A DNA stretch of 64,000 nt from a virus. The position numbers and the translations under genes were made by a program. The stretch lies in IMG/VR virus record IMGVR_UViG_3300009320_000008, positions 1 through 64,000 of that record; one strand, given 5' to 3'. The first letter of the stretch is position 1, and each line of letters starts with the position of its first letter. Of the stretch, positions 38,853-48,663 are shown piece by piece. Under the pieces are notes generated by a model that saw nothing but the letters and a program-made list of their open reading frames with translations, was not told the origin of the DNA and made no database searches.

Positions 38853-40238
38853 CTATAACCATCCATTCTCTGTATAGATTGACACACGTTCTCCAAATTG
38901 ATCGATAAGAAAGCGGTGGCATGGATCAAAGAAATCGATAATTACACCCTGTGTTTTCCCTTCGGATTTTCTGAGCGTTCGTCCTACGATTTGGAGAGTG
39001 GCAATGAATGACTTCCCACCACCTCCAATAATTGCTCCGCCGAGTGTGGGAACATCAATACCTTCCCTCCATATTGTTGTGACCACGCACATAATATCCT
39101 TTTTAATCATGGCGTGTCTGATCTCCGCCCGAATATCGCCAGATGAATCACCTCTTACAAACTTGGCTTTTACACCATGTTGGTCAGCACACCTCATAAG
39201 ATTGTCACCATGCTCTATTCGGGAAATCATAACGACAAGTGACATTCCTTTATTGTTGTATTCTTTTACGATCCTCATAATCTGATTGTTCCTGGGTTCG
39301 TTATCTATTACCGCGCGTCTGTAGACCTCGTTATAATCCGTCACCGATCTGATTTTTAGAACCCCTTCAGATTTGAATATGCGAACCTTTGGGGGAACGA
39401 TGATTCCAGCTTCGATTGCTTCATCTATGGAAAACGTACCGATCATGCCTCCAACGAATGCTTCAATTGCCAGAATTTGTTCCCACTCATCCGGCAATGT
39501 TGCTGTGAATCCGAAACGTGTAGGAGCATAGCATTGTCCAAGAACTCTGGCATAAAAGCCTGTGAATTTGGAAACATGGTGAGTCTCGTCCACTATTACA
39601 ATGTCAAATTCATTCCTATACACTTCGGGGTCCATTCTGTACATTGTTTGGACTGTAGCCACATTGATTCTTCCGAATGTTCCTTTAAATGGCTTTCCTC
39701 CTCCAATTTGCAGAACATCGTCAAATTTGTATTTCTCGAAATCCTCTCGTATTTGGATTACGAGGTCTGTAGTGTGAACGAGGATGAGAATCCTTGCTTT
39801 CGGAAAACATGAAAGGATTCCCAAAAAGGTAACAGTTTTGCCAAATGCGGTAGCGGCTTGAATCACACCCTGTCCCATATGCATAGCATCCTCTATAAAC
39901 TCAAGCTGTTTGTCATGGAATACTATGCCGGGAAGATATGGATCTTCGGTAGGAATAGCCCTGATCCTTTCGGGCCGAGTCACTTTGCACTTGATTCCCT
40001 TTTCATCACAGTAGTCAAGGATTCGGTCAATGTGTCCTGTATAAAAACTGACTCGTTTTCTGACCTTGTTGATATAGCAGGTCGCTTCGTATTCTTCCTC
40101 CGTTTTATGATGTCTCCCTTTTCTCCAATACGTTTTGGTGTATGTAAGGCAGGGTTCAATCAGATTGAAATCCTTGGAAGACATGTGGCTAATTATTAGG
40201 TTAATAACTTTGATTTTAATCATCTGGACTGCCTCCAA
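38853..40238 (-). CDS. Superfamily 2 helicase (UvsW-like)
   Basis: ATAFGKT, VDETHH, GFTAT, EGIDVP, QIVGRTLR. Confidence 0.92.
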   Translation of the reverse strand: MEAVQMIKIKVINLIISHMSSKDFNLIEPCLTYTKTYWRKGRHHKTEEEYEATCYINKVRKRVSFYTGHIDRILDYCDEKGIKCKVTRPERIRAIPTEDPYLPGIVFHDKQLEFIEDAMHMGQGVIQAATAFGKTVTFLGILSCFPKARILILVHTTDLVIQIREDFEKYKFDDVLQIGGGKPFKGTFGRINVATVQTMYRMDPEVYRNEFDIVIVDETHHVSKFTGFYARVLGQCYAPTRFGFTATLPDEWEQILAIEAFVGGMIGTFSIDEAIEAGIIVPPKVRIFKSEGVLKIRSVTDYNEVYRRAVIDNEPRNNQIMRIVKEYNNKGMSLVVMISRIEHGDNLMRCADQHGVKAKFVRGDSSGDIRAEIRHAMIKKDIMCVVTTIWREGIDVPTLGGAIIGGGGKSFIATLQIVGRTLRKSEGKTQGVIIDFFDPCHRFLIDQFGERVSIYTENGWL

Positions 40239-40349
40239 GTGCTATATATATTTCTTTGGCTATTCCCTTTCCGAAAGATTCGCAGTGGGATTCAAATGCA
40301 CTCCAATTTGTAGATATAAAATCAAAAATTATATCCATCATCCATTGTT

Positions 40350-40748
40350 TTACCATGAATCACTCCTTAACACATCCCGTATCTCGTTTATGCTTTGTTG
40401 GGTTCTTTTTCGTGTCCAACCTAATTTCCCTGTCATATACCGTTTGATTCTGGCAAGAGTCAGAGCTTTGTCGGATGAGTTCATTACTATTTGGGTGAGA
40501 TCGGAGGGAGTATCAAAGATTATTTTGAGGACAGTTTTAGCGGAAGAAGAAAGGTCGAGTAACGCTTCACGAAACCCGATTTCTCGGATAATATTTCTAT
40601 CTGTTGTTAAAGGACAATCTTCACAGGGAAGATAATTATGCTGTTGGTATACTTCTAAGGCGGAGAGGAGGTTTCCTTCCCCCTTTTTTTCTATCATTTT
40701 CGCTACTTCCAGAAACTCCTGTCGTGCTTTTGTGTTTCTTGGGGACAT
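40350..40748 (-). CDS. Hypothetical protein, possibly a transcription factor
   Basis: Helical C-terminus (LSSSAK..LGW). Confidence 0.45.
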   Translation of the reverse strand: MSPRNTKARQEFLEVAKMIEKKGEGNLLSALEVYQQHNYLPCEDCPLTTDRNIIREIGFREALLDLSSSAKTVLKIIFDTPSDLTQIVMNSSDKALTLARIKRYMTGKLGWTRKRTQQSINEIRDVLRSDSW

Positions 40749-40872
40749 GTTTTGTCTCCTTTTCTAAGATTCCGTTTAGCCAATTTGAGAAGCTCCGGTT
40801 CTGTTCTTTCGCTATCTTCTTTGCGGTTTTGTGAAGATCAGGATCAATGTAAATGGTGGTTCTAATGTTCAT
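40636..40872 (-). CDS. Ribbon-helix-helix DNA-binding protein
   Basis: RTTIYIDPDLHKTAKKIAKEQNRSFSNWL. Confidence 0.75.
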   Translation of the reverse strand: MNIRTTIYIDPDLHKTAKKIAKEQNRSFSNWLNGILEKETKHVPKKHKSTTGVSGSSENDRKKGGRKPPLRLRSIPTA

Positions 40873-40884
40873 ACGCTCTCCTGT

Positions 40885-41151
40885 TTATTGTTTCCAGAGA
40901 ATATTTCGGATGTCTTGTAACATAGCAATGTAGTACTCCTCGGCATGATCTCCCAAATTAGCTTCATTTTTCTGTTTTATCGCCATGTCAATGAAGTCCG
41001 TTGCTTCTTGAATCCGCCTGAGTGCGGCGATCCTGTTTTGGGAAAAGTTCCGATGCTTGAAAGCGGTCTTGAGATTTTCCATGATACTGTGGGTGTTGCG
41101 AACTGCCTCCTCAAGTTTTTCTGACATGTATTGTTCAGTTTCTTTGTCCAT
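40885..41151 (-). CDS. Hypothetical protein
   Basis: ORF in the operon. Confidence 0.55.
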   Translation of the reverse strand: MDKETEQYMSEKLEEAVRNTHSIMENLKTAFKHRNFSQNRIAALRRIQEATDFIDMAIKQKNEANLGDHAEEYYIAMLQDIRNILWKQ

Positions 41152-41368
41152 TTAATTTCTCCATAATCTCTTTGGCAGCAGAAGGTTTTCTTTTTCCATG
41201 TTGATTTAAGATCAATATAGCTTTTCTCCAATTCCGCTTGCTGAGATAAAGCCTTATTTTATTGTAATGATAAGGACCTACTCCTGGATAGATATATTGT
41301 TTGGGTGTCTTGGAAAATATAATTCCAAGTTCTTGTTCTGTCTGATTGTAGAACGTTATTTGGAGCAT
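41135..41368 (-). CDS. KTSC-like small protein
   Basis: YN....ELGIIF....YIYPGV. Confidence 0.45.
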   Translation of the reverse strand: MLQITFYNQTEQELGIIFSKTPKQYIYPGVGPYHYNKIRLYLSKRNWRKAILILNQHGKRKPSAAKEIMEKLNGQRN

Positions 41369-41598
41369 GGTGTTTCCTTTGATAGGAATGTTAATGGACG
41401 AACATCGCTAATGATAGGAAAGGATAGATTTATTCCAATTCGTTTTAACTTCTGTTTGAATTCGGAAAGAAAAATGGTTAATGCTTCTTCTTTGTTATTT
41501 GCTTTCACCACTGTTTCAGATAAAACAATAGTATCAGTGGCAAAAGATTTATGGATTACAACGAACATGGAGCTGTCTTCCGAATAATATGTTTTCAT
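41356..41598 (-). CDS. Hypothetical protein, first gene after the 41.7-kb promoter
   Basis: RBS AGGAG. Confidence 0.55.
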   Translation of the reverse strand: MKTYYSEDSSMFVVIHKSFATDTIVLSETVVKANNKEEALTIFLSEFKQKLKRIGINLSFPIISDVRPLTFLSKETPCSK

Positions 41599-41615
41599 TT
41601 CATCTCCTATAAATT

Positions 41616-41669
41616 AGGGGCCAGGACGCTTGGTGGAGGTAAGCTTTCAGACCAAACGCCCCGACCCCT
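41616..41669 (-). ncRNA. Leader hairpin displaying CUUACCUCC (antisense to the early-gene RBS)
   Basis: 19-bp uninterrupted stem with four G-U pairs on the minus strand; 16-nt loop CUGAAAGCUUACCUCC. Confidence 0.7.
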
Positions 41670-41700
41670 CCCCAACTGTGTTGTTATGTCATTATTAATA

Positions 41701-41730
41701 ATAGTAGCATAACTTTTTGCTAACCGTCAA
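41701..41730 (-). promoter_or_regulatory. Sigma70-type promoter
   Basis: TTGACG-18 nt-TACTAT with extended TG. Confidence 0.7.
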
Positions 41731-41740
41731 CACTTATTTT

Positions 41741-42241
41741 TCAAGTCCTGAAAATATTTGTATTTCTGTCCATATAGAACTCATGACCGATGTATTCGGC
41801 CCATTTTGGAATACGTCCTGCCAATGCCATTGGCGTTCGTCCTTTTAGAATGGGTCCTATCTCATCACATGTATCCAATCCTTTTAGAACTACACCAGGG
41901 AGGCTGAGATCATGTACCAGTCTATGTCCTTTTGGACTTCGTTCCTCAATCCACGCATGAAACTCAAAGGGAGGGTGATATTCGAACCCATAGGTAGCGG
42001 TGTGTTCGGCGTCCCACACTTTCATTTCTCCGAAAACCAAGACTCCCCTGTTGATGTGTTTCCACACCAACATGGCTTTTTTCTCGCAATCCCAATTTAG
42101 CTTTAGTCCTTTGCATTGTTCCAGCAGAGATTCAATTTCTTTCTTAGGGATACCCCACCCGAGAATTGGGTATCTCTCTTTCCCGGTCATAATGGGCTCC
42201 CCAGGTGTCATAGAGTTTGTAACAACGGAAGGTTTTGTCAC
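41741..42241 (-). CDS. Transglutaminase/papain-like Cys-His-Asp protein (possible true start at 42275)
   Basis: WDCEKKA, FHAWIE, VHDLS. Confidence 0.5.
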   Translation of the reverse strand: MTKPSVVTNSMTPGEPIMTGKERYPILGWGIPKKEIESLLEQCKGLKLNWDCEKKAMLVWKHINRGVLVFGEMKVWDAEHTATYGFEYHPPFEFHAWIEERSPKGHRLVHDLSLPGVVLKGLDTCDEIGPILKGRTPMALAGRIPKWAEYIGHEFYMDRNTNIFRT

Positions 42242-42316
42242 TTTTAGCTCCTTTCTTTGTTTTTAGGGTACTCATTTCTTACTTACCCCCGTCATTTTAT
42301 CTATCGGGGGCTATAG

Positions 42317-42427
42317 TATAGCCGTTTCTCCCTGATTCTGGCTTGCTGAGAGCGGGTAGGCGGCGTTCAAAATAAAAAGACATAGTAAGACATGCCCTAA
42401 AATTCGAACGTCTTAAACCCAGTCTAC
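42317..42427. repeat. Dispersed intergenic repeat, copy 3
   Basis: AAAAAGACATAGTAAGACATGCCCTAAAATTCGAACGTCTTAAA matches copy 2. Confidence 0.8.
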
Positions 42428-42435
42428 ATTGAATT

Positions 42436-42666
42436 TTATCCACCTGCTTTGACTTCCATCATTAAAGAACTCAGTATTTCGAATCCGGCTTCCTCGCTTA
42501 CTTCTCCCTTTTTTATGGAATCAGTGATTACGGTAGACAATTCCCCCAATGTTTGTGCTCCAAGATAAAAAACACCTTTGCAAAGCATTATCTCTTTATA
42601 GGAGCATCCTCCTTTTTCCAATCCTGCCGCAGCTATCTTCCATCGACTTTCAAATAGGGGAGACAT
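42436..42666 (-). CDS. Early hypothetical protein
   Basis: Leader GGAGGTAAGAAATG. Confidence 0.65.
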   Translation of the reverse strand: MSPLFESRWKIAAAGLEKGGCSYKEIMLCKGVFYLGAQTLGELSTVITDSIKKGEVSEEAGFEILSSLMMEVKAGG

Positions 42667-42669
42667 TTC

Positions 42670-43473
42670 TTACCTCCCTTCCATGTAGGCATCACAGGCT
42701 TTTTTGATTTCCGAATGTCCGATTTCTTTTAGTGATTCGGCCACCGCTTTTCTGTCAGCTTCCGCATATGATGTATCATAAATACGGTCTGCCAGAAAAC
42801 TGTAAAGCTCGTCCACATCATTATAGAGGTACTCTGAAAGCCAGGATGAATGGTCATACTTGTCCCAATGTGGATTTTCTTTCTTCATTTGGTTGGACTT
42901 TTCTTGATACTGTCCACAGTCGTCGCATTCGATCATTCCAAGTGCGGCATCTCCACAAGCATCATCTAACCAGGACAAAAGTTCCCGGGCCTGATTTCCT
43001 GCCCACCCATCATCGTTGGATTTGAGAACCACCACTCTGCCAAATCGAACGATTGAATTAACCATACCTTTTATATATTGCGATGCATTATGGGTTCTCA
43101 TTTTAGGAGGAAAACACCCCTTTAAGAACTTCCCCAAATTTTCGGGCATATATCCACATCCAGTGAACAGGCAAAGTTCATCCTCTCTTTTGTCTATCCC
43201 TTCTACTTTGATGATTTCGGCGTTGAACATGATTCCATTGTTCCGGACAAACTCCTCGGCTGTTTTCAAACTATTTAAGCAGAAGATTCCTGGTGTGTTG
43301 GGAACGGACTGGACTATTTCCCCATTTAAGTACTTAGGGAAAAACTCCGGATGTTTTGAAATAAAGGTTCTGCTCTCTCCCGGCCCGGACATTCCATATT
43401 TCATGAGGATTGCAATGTTGGATCCTTGCCGGGTCTTCTCATCGATTACTTTCCAAACAACTTCTCGTTTCAT
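42670..43473 (-). CDS. Early hypothetical protein
   Basis: Conserved leader. Confidence 0.65.
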   Translation of the reverse strand: MKREVVWKVIDEKTRQGSNIAILMKYGMSGPGESRTFISKHPEFFPKYLNGEIVQSVPNTPGIFCLNSLKTAEEFVRNNGIMFNAEIIKVEGIDKREDELCLFTGCGYMPENLGKFLKGCFPPKMRTHNASQYIKGMVNSIVRFGRVVVLKSNDDGWAGNQARELLSWLDDACGDAALGMIECDDCGQYQEKSNQMKKENPHWDKYDHSSWLSEYLYNDVDELYSFLADRIYDTSYAEADRKAVAESLKEIGHSEIKKACDAYMEGR

Positions 43474-43499
43474 TTCTTACCTCCTTATGTGGTTGGGGT

Positions 43500-43934
43500 T
43501 TAGCTTAATACAACAGGGCGAATTTCAATGGTTCGTACAATCCAAATTTCCTCTCCCAATTTCATCTTTTGGTCGTGTATTCGTTTTTCCAATTCAGCCA
43601 AAGAAAAAACATCCTTAAATTTTCCATCTTTGCTAACGTGAACAGCAAATTTTTTCATCCCTTCACGTTTCTTTCCCGGCTTTTTTCTGGGATGTTGCAC
43701 AACGAAATTATCGAATTTTGGATTCATCCTATATAACGAATGTCCGTCTTTATCTCTGATAACAGCTCCTTTGCTTACAAGGTTGGCTAATGCTGTGTAC
43801 ATATATCCTATAGGCTCATTGACCTCATGGGCTATTTCACGAGGTGTCATCCAGCCCCTATTTTTCCTAAGGAGCTTGAATACATTATACACAATGGTCT
43901 CCTCATAGAAACAGACCGAATTTTCGTTTGTCAT
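43500..43934 (-). CDS. Winged-helix DNA-binding protein
   Basis: WMTPREIAHEVN...MYTALANLVSKGAV. Confidence 0.7.
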   Translation of the reverse strand: MTNENSVCFYEETIVYNVFKLLRKNRGWMTPREIAHEVNEPIGYMYTALANLVSKGAVIRDKDGHSLYRMNPKFDNFVVQHPRKKPGKKREGMKKFAVHVSKDGKFKDVFSLAELEKRIHDQKMKLGEEIWIVRTIEIRPVVLS

Positions 43935-44142
43935 TTCCTACCTCCTTGGTTGGTTGGGGTTAACTTCCCACTACACACGATTTTTTAATCATGTGTAGGA
44001 GGCTGTTAATCTTTAGTTTCGTAGTCTCCCCTAATGATTCCAGCAGCAACTTTGCAAATGCATAGGAATAGAACAACAGGAAGCAAACAAAATATTCCTT
44101 TCAGAACAAACGACAGAACAGTTACCATTAAGTCTTCCATAT

Positions 44143-44550
44143 CTACCCCCATACCAAATGGGCACCACCTAAATCCGACACCCGTTTTACAATAGCTGTT
44201 ACCAAAGGAGCATCGTCCTCTACACCTGTGTATTCTTTTCGATCACGTTCTCCCACCATACGGATAAGTTCTAAGTCAATAGAGGGAATAACATAAGCGT
44301 ATTCAAATGTGTGGATCTTCTGTCCTTCGTATTTTTTGAGTATGGAGAGATGTCGGTTATGATCATACAGGTTTATATTCCCGAGCCATATCTCCGAATG
44401 AAATTTATCGTATAGGTGGATCAGGGCGATGGAGCACATGTTAACATATTCCAAATCACTTTCATTTGGACATCCCCATTCTGGATCTACTGACCCCATA
44501 ATATTGTCCATAATTTTCTTTCGTGATTTTTCAAACTCCTCTCTTGTCAT
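44143..44550 (-). CDS. Early hypothetical protein
   Basis: Conserved leader. Confidence 0.65.
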   Translation of the reverse strand: MTREEFEKSRKKIMDNIMGSVDPEWGCPNESDLEYVNMCSIALIHLYDKFHSEIWLGNINLYDHNRHLSILKKYEGQKIHTFEYAYVIPSIDLELIRMVGERDRKEYTGVEDDAPLVTAIVKRVSDLGGAHLVWG

Positions 44551-44573
44551 TTCTTACCTCCTTGTTTGGGGGT

Positions 44574-45029
44574 TTAAATCATCCAGCTTCCGTTTTTGTC
44601 AATGTACTTGATCCAGTCACGCTTGTTCCATGCAACTGCGGGAACCGCCGGGGGAGTGAAAGTAAAGTTGTTTCGGTCGAACAACATCATTTTCGTTCGG
44701 TCGTCCAGAGGGTACAATCCATCGTAGATGTACTCCTTGAACACAGGCGTTACCAGAATGTTGATAGTAACAGGATCATTCCTGTTATTGGGATGGCATC
44801 GATGGCGGAACGAATGATACCATTTACCAACGTCAAGGCTCCACGTTCCCATGTACTGCCAATTTTCTCCGTTGTTGTAGCAGACGGTAGGAGAAGGATT
44901 GTCTTTGTTTATGTCTTCCTCTCCAAGTAATGCCCACATCTTGTCCCATTCAACATCGGGACGCCCCACCATGAAATACACTGTCCCGTCTTCCATGATG
45001 TGTTTAGTCGTTGAAGGACTCATAGTCAC
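44574..45029 (-). CDS. Early hypothetical protein
   Basis: ORF with RBS GGAGGTG. Confidence 0.6.
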   Translation of the reverse strand: MTMSPSTTKHIMEDGTVYFMVGRPDVEWDKMWALLGEEDINKDNPSPTVCYNNGENWQYMGTWSLDVGKWYHSFRHRCHPNNRNDPVTINILVTPVFKEYIYDGLYPLDDRTKMMLFDRNNFTFTPPAVPAVAWNKRDWIKYIDKNGSWMI

Positions 45030-45693
45030 CTCCCGTTATTTTTCGGATTCGGCCACACCAATCCAAAACATCATTCCACCATCCATCCAGGGCCAACTGG
45101 ATGAACCGGCCCATGATTCTGGGGAGTCCCATGTTTTTACAGGCAAGCTCCGCCGCTTCTTCTTTCGAGTAGTGGTAGAACCTTTGGGGGTCAGCCCACA
45201 TTCCCCAATGGCTTTTTTCTGATCCGTACATCCTTATGAAATTTCTCTTAGAAGACTCCACCTCCAAACTGTACGCCTCCTTGTTCCAACATTCTTCGTG
45301 GATTTCTGCGGCTTTGGTTATTACCTTAGCCAGTTTTTCCACGTTGAACTCGGCGGAGAAAGGTGTATAGTCTTTTATTTCCTCGAAAGACATAGGCCAA
45401 AACCCATAGTTAGAACCATCTCCCGGATGGGAGCCGAAATACACCGATTCAGGGGCGATGTTTTCCATAAGATCAAACAGCTCTTCCCACACCGTCATGG
45501 CCTTTTCTTCATCGTTCATTTCATCCCATTCTTTTCGAATGGATTTAAGAAGTTCCTGATCACTGAGAGATAATTGCCTTTCTATCCCAATTTCCTCAAT
45601 GAACTCAAGGATGGCGTCCTTTACATCATCCTCAATCATCGTGGCATGGGACACGGAGATTCCTATGTACCCGCATGTCAATTTAAAGCTCAT
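45004..45693 (-). CDS. Early hypothetical protein
   Basis: Conserved leader; YFGSHPGDGS.YGFW motif. Confidence 0.65.
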   Translation of the reverse strand: MSFKLTCGYIGISVSHATMIEDDVKDAILEFIEEIGIERQLSLSDQELLKSIRKEWDEMNDEEKAMTVWEELFDLMENIAPESVYFGSHPGDGSNYGFWPMSFEEIKDYTPFSAEFNVEKLAKVITKAAEIHEECWNKEAYSLEVESSKRNFIRMYGSEKSHWGMWADPQRFYHYSKEEAAELACKNMGLPRIMGRFIQLALDGWWNDVLDWCGRIRKITGGDYESFND

Positions 45694-45715
45694 TTCCTAC
45701 CTCCTTTGTTGTGGG

Positions 45716-46084
45716 TTATATGTTATCTACATCCGTTCTGTATTTGCAGAATAAATTTGTCATGAATTTTCCGAATAAATTTGTCATGAATCTGTGGCAG
45801 TATCGGACATAGGGGGAGCATTCTGAAACATTCAACCTGGTGAAATGGCAAAATATTTGAGATACAATCCGGTCATCAACTTTCATATCAAAACTTCCGC
45901 ACCACAGAGGCAAACACGAAAAATCAAGATCAGCTCCCCGAAGATCAGCTCTCCGAAGATCAGCTCCCCGAAGATTAGCTCCCCGAAGATCAGCTCCCCG
46001 AAGATCAGCTCTCTTTCCTATTGGCCTATTATCCAACCACATTTTGTGATCAGATAAAATGGTTTGCAAAGACTCCTTTTTCAT
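45716..46084 (-). CDS. Pentapeptide-repeat protein
   Basis: ADLRG/ANLRG repeats (15-bp tandem repeats at ~45925-46011). Confidence 0.85.
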   Translation of the reverse strand: MKKESLQTILSDHKMWLDNRPIGKRADLRGADLRGANLRGADLRRADLRGADLDFSCLPLWCGSFDMKVDDRIVSQIFCHFTRLNVSECSPYVRYCHRFMTNLFGKFMTNLFCKYRTDVDNI

Positions 46085-46154
46085 TTCTTACCTCCTTATG
46101 GTTAATAAAACCTTCGTAGGAGAGAAGTTCTCAAGTTTCTCCCCTCTAAAGGAT

Positions 46155-46778
46155 TTATGTGTGTACGGACACACGGCCATTTTGCACCAACAGCCCACCG
46201 GCGTAGGCCCATTGACTGGTGTTGTTCCCATGCCAGTTGATTGCCCCATCGACCCGTTCCTTTGCCCGGTCGAACAAAGTAAACTCCGCAATGTTCTGGG
46301 AGCCGTGTTGGACAAACGGAGTGAAGATGGCCTCCGGCTTTATCGTATTCCGGCTGCAGGTGTCCATCAATGTCACGATACCAAGGTAACGATCCATGAT
46401 GTCTTCCTTGACTTTATCGGCCTCCTCTTCACCGATCAGCTTTTCCAGGGATTCGATCAGTCCCTGATACGAAATGACCTTGTTGAGATTCAACACGATG
46501 TCCATATTCTCGCCGTTCCGCCATGTCGGGGGGATACAAGCGACCCGAAAATTTCTCGGCATTAGGGGGATCAGAATCCTCCAGATGTCCGAGAAGTTAT
46601 TGATTCCGAACAGCATCAGGGTAGACACGATACCGATGAGAACACCTTTGGCACGGTCGATTGATGCCCCGCTTGCCGGATCGAGATAGTACAAGGCGTC
46701 CTGAACTCTTGCCCATGCGGGATCTTTGGGATTGATGAAGATTCCATGCTTGCCGTCCTTCGTTAGGATGTGATTCAT
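46155..46778 (-). CDS. Early hypothetical protein
   Basis: Conserved leader. Confidence 0.65.
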   Translation of the reverse strand: MNHILTKDGKHGIFINPKDPAWARVQDALYYLDPASGASIDRAKGVLIGIVSTLMLFGINNFSDIWRILIPLMPRNFRVACIPPTWRNGENMDIVLNLNKVISYQGLIESLEKLIGEEEADKVKEDIMDRYLGIVTLMDTCSRNTIKPEAIFTPFVQHGSQNIAEFTLFDRAKERVDGAINWHGNNTSQWAYAGGLLVQNGRVSVHT

Positions 46779-46816
46779 TTCTTACCTCCTTTAAACGTTG
46801 TGGGGTTGGGGTTTTA

Positions 46817-47173
46817 CTACGTGATTTCGGGTTTCAAGATGCGTTGATGTTCCACGAAGCCTTGCTCCCCCGTCCAGATATGTATCTCATCTGTGTCGTC
46901 CAACAGGTCGGGGAACTCCGCTCTGTCTCTGTCCGTGACATAGAATATGTCAATGGGAATGCCGCAGGTCTTACCATCGATCAGCAAGTCCCCTGTGTCG
47001 TCCTGCATCCCGTCCATCATCATGTCGTGAAAGTACGGAACGAAAATCGGCTCCCCTTGGAACTTGCCGGGGTGGATGCAGAATTCCTCGTTTTCATCCG
47101 TCCCGTATTGTTCGATGATTTTCTTCCGCTTTTTGCCGATGTCCTTCATAAAAGCCTCCTTAAAAAGTATCAA
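46817..47173 (-). CDS. Early acidic hypothetical protein
   Basis: PGKFQGEP motif; probable start MKDIG. Confidence 0.6.
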   Translation of the reverse strand: MILFKEAFMKDIGKKRKKIIEQYGTDENEEFCIHPGKFQGEPIFVPYFHDMMMDGMQDDTGDLLIDGKTCGIPIDIFYVTDRDRAEFPDLLDDTDEIHIWTGEQGFVEHQRILKPEIT

Positions 47174-47408
47174 TCCTTATGATTTCGATTTCGGAAAGAT
47201 GATGGAATGCAACCCCCCCATCTTCAAAATGAACCAAGAAGGGAGTGTCCTCTTTGATTGGTCCTATAGTAATTAGGGTGTCAATCAATTGGGTTGGATT
47301 TATGGAACCAACCTCCTCTCCTGCCTTAACTTGAATGTAGTATGATTCCATAGGCCAATCTGCATTGGTGCAGACCTTCACCGCTTCGTACAACTCTTGT
47401 GGACTCAT
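47160..47408 (-). CDS. Early hypothetical protein
   Basis: Conserved leader. Confidence 0.6.
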   Translation of the reverse strand: MSPQELYEAVKVCTNADWPMESYYIQVKAGEEVGSINPTQLIDTLITIGPIKEDTPFLVHFEDGGVAFHHLSEIEIIRIDTF

Positions 47409-47486
47409 TCTTACCTCCTTTGTTGTGGGTTAGTAATACTCGAAACGACACGGGTCTCCAATCCATGTCGTTTAAAGAACCACTAA

Positions 47487-48230
47487 CTAATGCACCTGAT
47501 CTCTATTGCTGGACAGATGCACATGTTTCCCGGCGTTTACTCCGTTGAGGTAATGTTCGTCAAACCTGATTCTTGGTCCTCCTTTTGCTCTTTTAGTAAT
47601 GGGGAACTCCAGATCCCTTCTGTTCTTTGCCAGATCCTTGTTGTACAAGGCAATCTCCAAGCAGTCGGAGGGCAGATTCTCCTTCACCCGTTTGTATAGT
47701 TCTCTAAGTCGAAGGAGGATACGTCCAACCATGCCCATTGCGAATGTGTGCTGGACCTTAATCCTTTTGTCGTAGATCTCACAGGCTCTCCCAATCTCGT
47801 TCTGGCAATAGTCAAAGAAATAGACCACCAATGCCACATCCTCGGGAACTCCCATGAATGCCATTTTGGGGTCACAATCGTACTTTTTTGACCTGGGATT
47901 CACATACCACTTTCCCCAAGTTTGAATGCACTCGACCTCGAAAATTGGAGCAATGCCCCATGCCAGGTTAAACTCCCAATTGCTGTGGCCTTTGGAGTAG
48001 AAGAAGCAATCGGCATCCTCTCTATCGGTCATTTCGTCTACGCTTCTGGTGGTCTTGCGCTTTGCCTGAACCTCAGCCATTTCGATCTTGTATTTCTCCA
48101 TGATCTTGGTGGCCCGGTACATGGCAAGTTCAGCCTCCGCAGAAGTGGCTCCCTTGTCATTCGCCAATGCCATAAGTTTGGAGACTTTGGCAATGGTGTT
48201 CTCTCGGACTTGCTGATTCATTTCCTGCAT
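47487..48230 (-). CDS. DUF2786-domain protein
   Basis: KVSKLMALA....AT.AEA..AM..A.KIMEKY. Confidence 0.8.
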   Translation of the reverse strand: MQEMNQQVRENTIAKVSKLMALANDKGATSAEAELAMYRATKIMEKYKIEMAEVQAKRKTTRSVDEMTDREDADCFFYSKGHSNWEFNLAWGIAPIFEVECIQTWGKWYVNPRSKKYDCDPKMAFMGVPEDVALVVYFFDYCQNEIGRACEIYDKRIKVQHTFAMGMVGRILLRLRELYKRVKENLPSDCLEIALYNKDLAKNRRDLEFPITKRAKGGPRIRFDEHYLNGVNAGKHVHLSSNRDQVH

Positions 48231-48312
48231 TTCTTACCTCCTATGTGGTTTGGGGTTAAACATTCACGGGTTGGGACGATAAGCTCGTCCCTCACCGTCA
48301 AGGTTTAATCCT

Positions 48313-48663
48313 TCACACAGCTTCCATCTCAATCAATTCCCAAATCCCGAATGTGACGTATCCTCCATCGATTCCCTCTGCTACTTTCTTGAACAGCCCG
48401 GTGGCGAAACATTCCTCATTGACCAACAATCCTTCACTGTATTCCTTGACGAAGAATTGGTTCTTCTTGAGGGGAGCTGGGAGCATTTCTTCCAATTCGG
48501 GGTGATTGACAGACAAATTGCCAACGGGATTGCCTTGATTGGCATTCCCAATCATAATAGCACAATGACCGTCAAAATACTCTCCCCGGTACAGATGTCC
48601 TTTGCAGTCTCTGACTTGGGGAAAACTGACTCTCTCCTCTGTGATTCTTACGGGTTCTTTCAT
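48313..48663 (-). CDS. Early hypothetical protein
   Basis: Conserved leader; LSVN..FFVKEYSE. Confidence 0.65.
   Translation of the reverse strand: MKEPVRITEERVSFPQVRDCKGHLYRGEYFDGHCAIMIGNANQGNPVGNLSVNHPELEEMLPAPLKKNQFFVKEYSEGLLVNEECFATGLFKKVAEGIDGGYVTFGIWELIEMEAV

Noticed and set aside
45925-46011. 15-bp tandem repeat as a regulatory or phase-variable array
   Set aside because: It simply encodes ADLRG pentapeptide repeats.
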